DNA of 64,000 bases from Thermodesulfobacteriota bacterium (lineage in GTDB: Bacteria > Desulfobacterota > BSN033 > UBA1163). The stretch spans positions 8,378-72,377 of the forward strand of contig DAIPKW010000003.1 in NCBI GenBank assembly GCA_036769565.1, read 5' to 3'. Every line of letters begins with the position of its first letter. Positions within the stretch are counted from its first letter, which is position 1. Below are positions 61,283 to 64,000 of the stretch, in pieces. The position numbers and the translations under genes were made by a program. Under the pieces are notes generated by a model, which was not told where the DNA came from, made no database searches, and worked only from the letters and a program-made list of their open reading frames with translations.

Positions 61283-62233
61283 ATGAAACTCTCCCTTACT
61301 GTGTTGGCCATCGGCGGAAATTCACTCATCAAGGATAAAAACCATATTGCTCTATCTTCCCAATACGAAGCGATCCAGGAAACCACCAGATACATTGTAG
61401 ACCTAATTCGAGAAGGACTGAATCTGGTCATCACGCATGGCAATGGCCCACAAGTTGGATTCATCTACAGAAGGGGAGAGCTTGCCCAACATGAACTTCC
61501 ACTGATTCCTCTTGATATCTGCGGAGCAGATACACAGGGAGCAATCGGATATATGATTCAGATGGCCCTTCTGAATGACTTACGGAAGATGGGATTAGAG
61601 AAGAAGGTGGCTGCCATTGTGACAAAGACCATTGTAGACGGAGAGGATCCCTCTTTTCAAAAACCGACCAAACCGATTGGCTCATTCATGTCCGAGCAAG
61701 AGACCCTTATTCATCAATCGGAGAAAGGCTGGCAGGTTATAGAGGATGCAGGCCGGGGATTCCGACGGGTTGTTCCTTCGCCCATGCCAAAGGAGATCAT
61801 CGAACTGGATACCATTCGTTTATTAGTCAATAACGGTTACATTGTGATCGCCGCAGGAGGAGGGGGGATTCCTGTCATCCGAAATGAGCGAGGAGACCTT
61901 GAAGGTGTTGAGGCGGTTATAGATAAGGATTTAAGCTCTTCCCTATTGGCCAGGAGTATTGGTGCGGACACGTTAATCATTTCAACCGCAGTGGATACAG
62001 TTTTTCTCAATTTTGGCCAGAAAGATCAAAAACCGATCCGTCATGCGACTCTTCTTGAAATCAAACAGTATCTCAAAGAAGGGCACTTCAAACCTGGCTC
62101 CATGAAGCCTAAGATCGAAGCTATCATCCAGTTTCTTGAAGCCGGTGGTCAAAGAGCAATCATCACCTCACCTGAACACCTCCTCAAAGCGGTCAAAGGC
62201 GAGGCCGGAACCACAATCACACCATCCCTCTGA
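61283..62233 (+). CDS. arcC: carbamate kinase
   Basis: MKLSLTVLAIGGNSL, HGNGPQVG and AAGGGGIPV are carbamate-kinase motifs; start set at ATG 61283. Confidence 0.85.
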   Translation: MKLSLTVLAIGGNSLIKDKNHIALSSQYEAIQETTRYIVDLIREGLNLVITHGNGPQVGFIYRRGELAQHELPLIPLDICGADTQGAIGYMIQMALLNDLRKMGLEKKVAAIVTKTIVDGEDPSFQKPTKPIGSFMSEQETLIHQSEKGWQVIEDAGRGFRRVVPSPMPKEIIELDTIRLLVNNGYIVIAAGGGGIPVIRNERGDLEGVEAVIDKDLSSSLLARSIGADTLIISTAVDTVFLNFGQKDQKPIRHATLLEIKQYLKEGHFKPGSMKPKIEAIIQFLEAGGQRAIITSPEHLLKAVKGEAGTTITPSL

Positions 62234-62365
62234 TACCCCATCAGCTTAAGAAATCCTATCAGCCTCCTGAAATTTTCAAATGTAACCGCCCCACAGCTCT
62301 CAATCTAACGCCCCCATCCATCTTCCCCCTCTTATCTTAAGAGGGGGAAGGGGGAGTTATAAGGG

Positions 62366-62596
62366 GAGGTTACCCACTCAATATCTGGATGAACCTTTTA
62401 AAATGGGGCTTAAAACTCCTTAAAATGGCCCAACCATCAGGCAGGGGTGTAATCAGAGGTTTCTGTTTTTGGATTTGACAAAGTAGGTGGCTTTTAGTAA
62501 TCTGTTAAAAACAGGGGTTTGGGTTCATTCATTGCTTAAAGGTATAGTTTTAAACATTAAACTTTGGTTCATCCGGGTATTGAGTGGGTAACCTCC
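62366..62596. mobile_element. ~230-bp segment bounded by 30/31-bp near-perfect inverted repeats (MITE-like or invertible segment) containing a sigma-70-like promoter
   Basis: 62366-62395 ggaggttacccactcaatatctggatgaacc versus 62566-62596 ggttcatccgggtattgagtgggtaacctcc (reverse complements, about 2 mismatches). Internal TTGACA-N17-TAATCT at 62475-62503 points toward the receiver-domain gene. Confidence 0.4.
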
Positions 62597-62899
62597 CCTT
62601 AAGATAAGTCGTTGCGACTCGAAACCGAGGGGAGGTGTGAAGGGGTTATCTTTCCGCAGGTGTACTCAGATGTCCATCTCCACCTCAGCCTGATACCCAA
62701 TCAACGCCCGACGATGTTGCTTTCATGCCGGATCATTCCGAAGGAATTTCATAACTCTCTTAACCCCCCTTCATCTCCCCCCTTAATTTAAGGGGGGAAT
62801 GGAGGAAGGGTATAGTTCAGAGGAGAAAAGCACCCACACAAAAGCCGGAAGAACCTAAACTTTAAAAATGAAACCTGAAACTTTTAGGAGGGGTAATCC

Positions 62900-63325
62900 A
62901 TGAACATCCTGATTGCTGACGACAAAGAGGAGGGCCGTTATCTATTAGAGGCCCTGCTTAAGGCAAAAGGGCATCAGGTCACTTCGGTCGCCAATGGGGC
63001 TGAGGCTCTTGAAAGGTTGAAGACCGGCAGATTCGATTTGATCATCAGTGATATTCTCATGCCGGTCATGGATGGGTTTGAGCTTTTAAGGAGAGTTAAG
63101 GCAGATGAAGGATTGCGAAAGATTCCGTTTATTGTTTACACGGCAACCTACACGGATTCTCAGGATGAGGCATTAGCCTTCAAGCTTGGGGCAGACCGAT
63201 TTATTTTGAAGCCGTGTGAGCCGGAGGAGTTTATGAGGGTGGTGGGAGAGGTGATGGGGGCGGTCAATCGGGGTGAAGTTGTTTCATCTGCGCCACCAGA
63301 GGAAGAAGGGGGGGGAGGTCTTTAA
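62900..63325 (+). CDS. response regulator receiver (REC) domain protein
   Basis: [12 protein letters not shown]...[18 protein letters not shown]...[11 protein letters not shown]; strong AGGAGGGG RBS; ends just after the G8 tract. Confidence 0.8.
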   Translation: MNILIADDKEEGRYLLEALLKAKGHQVTSVANGAEALERLKTGRFDLIISDILMPVMDGFELLRRVKADEGLRKIPFIVYTATYTDSQDEALAFKLGADRFILKPCEPEEFMRVVGEVMGAVNRGEVVSSAPPEEEGGGGL

Positions 63326-63998
63326 GCTTTACAGTGAGCGATTGGTGAAGAAGCTTGAGAAAAAGATGATGCAACTTGAGCAAGAGATTCGGGCAAGGGA
63401 AGAGACTGAGAAGAGAATGCAGATTTCCTATGAGCTTTGGCAAAAAACCTTTAATGCGATGCTCGATCCGGTTGCCCATCTGGAGACAGATGGCACAATC
63501 ACACAATGCAACCAAGCGTTTGCCGATTGCCTTGGTCTCGATATAGGAGACATTGAGGGCCAAAAGTGTTACCGCCTCGTTCACAAGACCGAAGACCATC
63601 TCAAAGGCTGTCCACTTCTTCTTTCACTCGAAAGCAATGTTAGGGAAGCAATGGAGATGGAGTTTGATAAAAAGGTTTTTTATGTTGTTGTGGATCCAAT
63701 CCGGGATTCTGATGGAAGAATCAGTGGGTTTGTCCACGTCATGCGTGACATCACTGAGCGGAAGCGTGCCGATGAAGCCCTAAAAGAGAGTGAACGACGG
63801 TTCCGGGCAATTTTTGAGCAAGCTGGGGTTGGCGCTGCGGAAATTGATTCAGCAACAGGACGATTCCTAACCATTAATCAGAAGTATTGTGAGATTGTTG
63901 GCTATAGCCAGCAGGAAATGCTGAACATGAGCTTTGCTGACATCACTCACCCCGACGATCTGCAGGCTGATTTAGATAACATGAAGCGTTTGCTGCGG
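63318..63998 (+). CDS. PAS-domain sensor segment, partial at the window end, in the +1 frame relative to the receiver ORF (likely one REC-PAS protein interrupted at the G8 tract)
   Basis: Open frame from 63255 to the window end encoding ...[49 protein letters not shown]...[52 protein letters not shown] (two PAS-like segments). There is no in-frame ATG before 63366. Confidence 0.55.
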
Positions 63999-64000
63999 GG

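Overview
This 64 kb window looks like core chromosome of a Gram-negative-type bacterium (roughly 50% GC, GGAGG ribosome-binding sites, frequent TTG/GTG starts); I cannot name the organism. Coding density is high, and gene identities come from motifs I could read directly in the supplied translations. The main blocks, from start to end, are listed below.

- A split-type GMP synthase ATP-pyrophosphatase subunit, partial at the window start.
- Signal peptidase lepB, a PilZ-domain protein and a complete Mla lipid-asymmetry system (mlaFEDC plus mlaA).
- A zinc-ribbon micro-ORF coupled to recG, followed by an aminotransferase.
- A threonine block: hom, thrC, an HDAC-like gene and a cofactor-independent PGM-family gene (the proposed non-orthologous homoserine kinase).
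- pyrG, then the conserved kdsD-lptCAB-rpoN-hpf-ptsN-hprK-rapZ-EIIA-HPr-ptsI cluster.
- metK-ahcY, an RND efflux pair, ispG, pgsA and purC.
- A PAC2-family protein, an MtnX-HAD fusion, coaD, rsmD, a Mut7-C RNase and mtnP.
- rlmN, ndk, trxB and nfu.
- ispE, tRNA-Gln(UUG), prs, ctc and pth.
- An H+-pyrophosphatase (hppA) and a CdaZ-like diadenylate cyclase.
- ychF, a cation-diffusion-facilitator transporter, and a compact carbamoyl-phosphate cluster (argF, hydantoinase-like amidohydrolase, pyrB, arcC).
- A receiver-domain gene separated from a downstream PAS-domain ORF by a G8 tract.

There are no CRISPR arrays, rRNA genes or transposase/integrase genes. The observations I rate most worth following up are these.

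- The OTC / cyclic-amidohydrolase / ATCase / carbamate-kinase cluster, a candidate ATP-yielding ureide module (or a carbamate-kinase-fed carbamoyl-phosphate supply).
- An archaeal-type (CdaZ-like) diadenylate cyclase.
- Three families of intergenic repeats, including an IR-flanked promoter-bearing segment upstream of the receiver-domain gene.
- A near-consensus sigma-54 promoter in front of the PGM-family gene.
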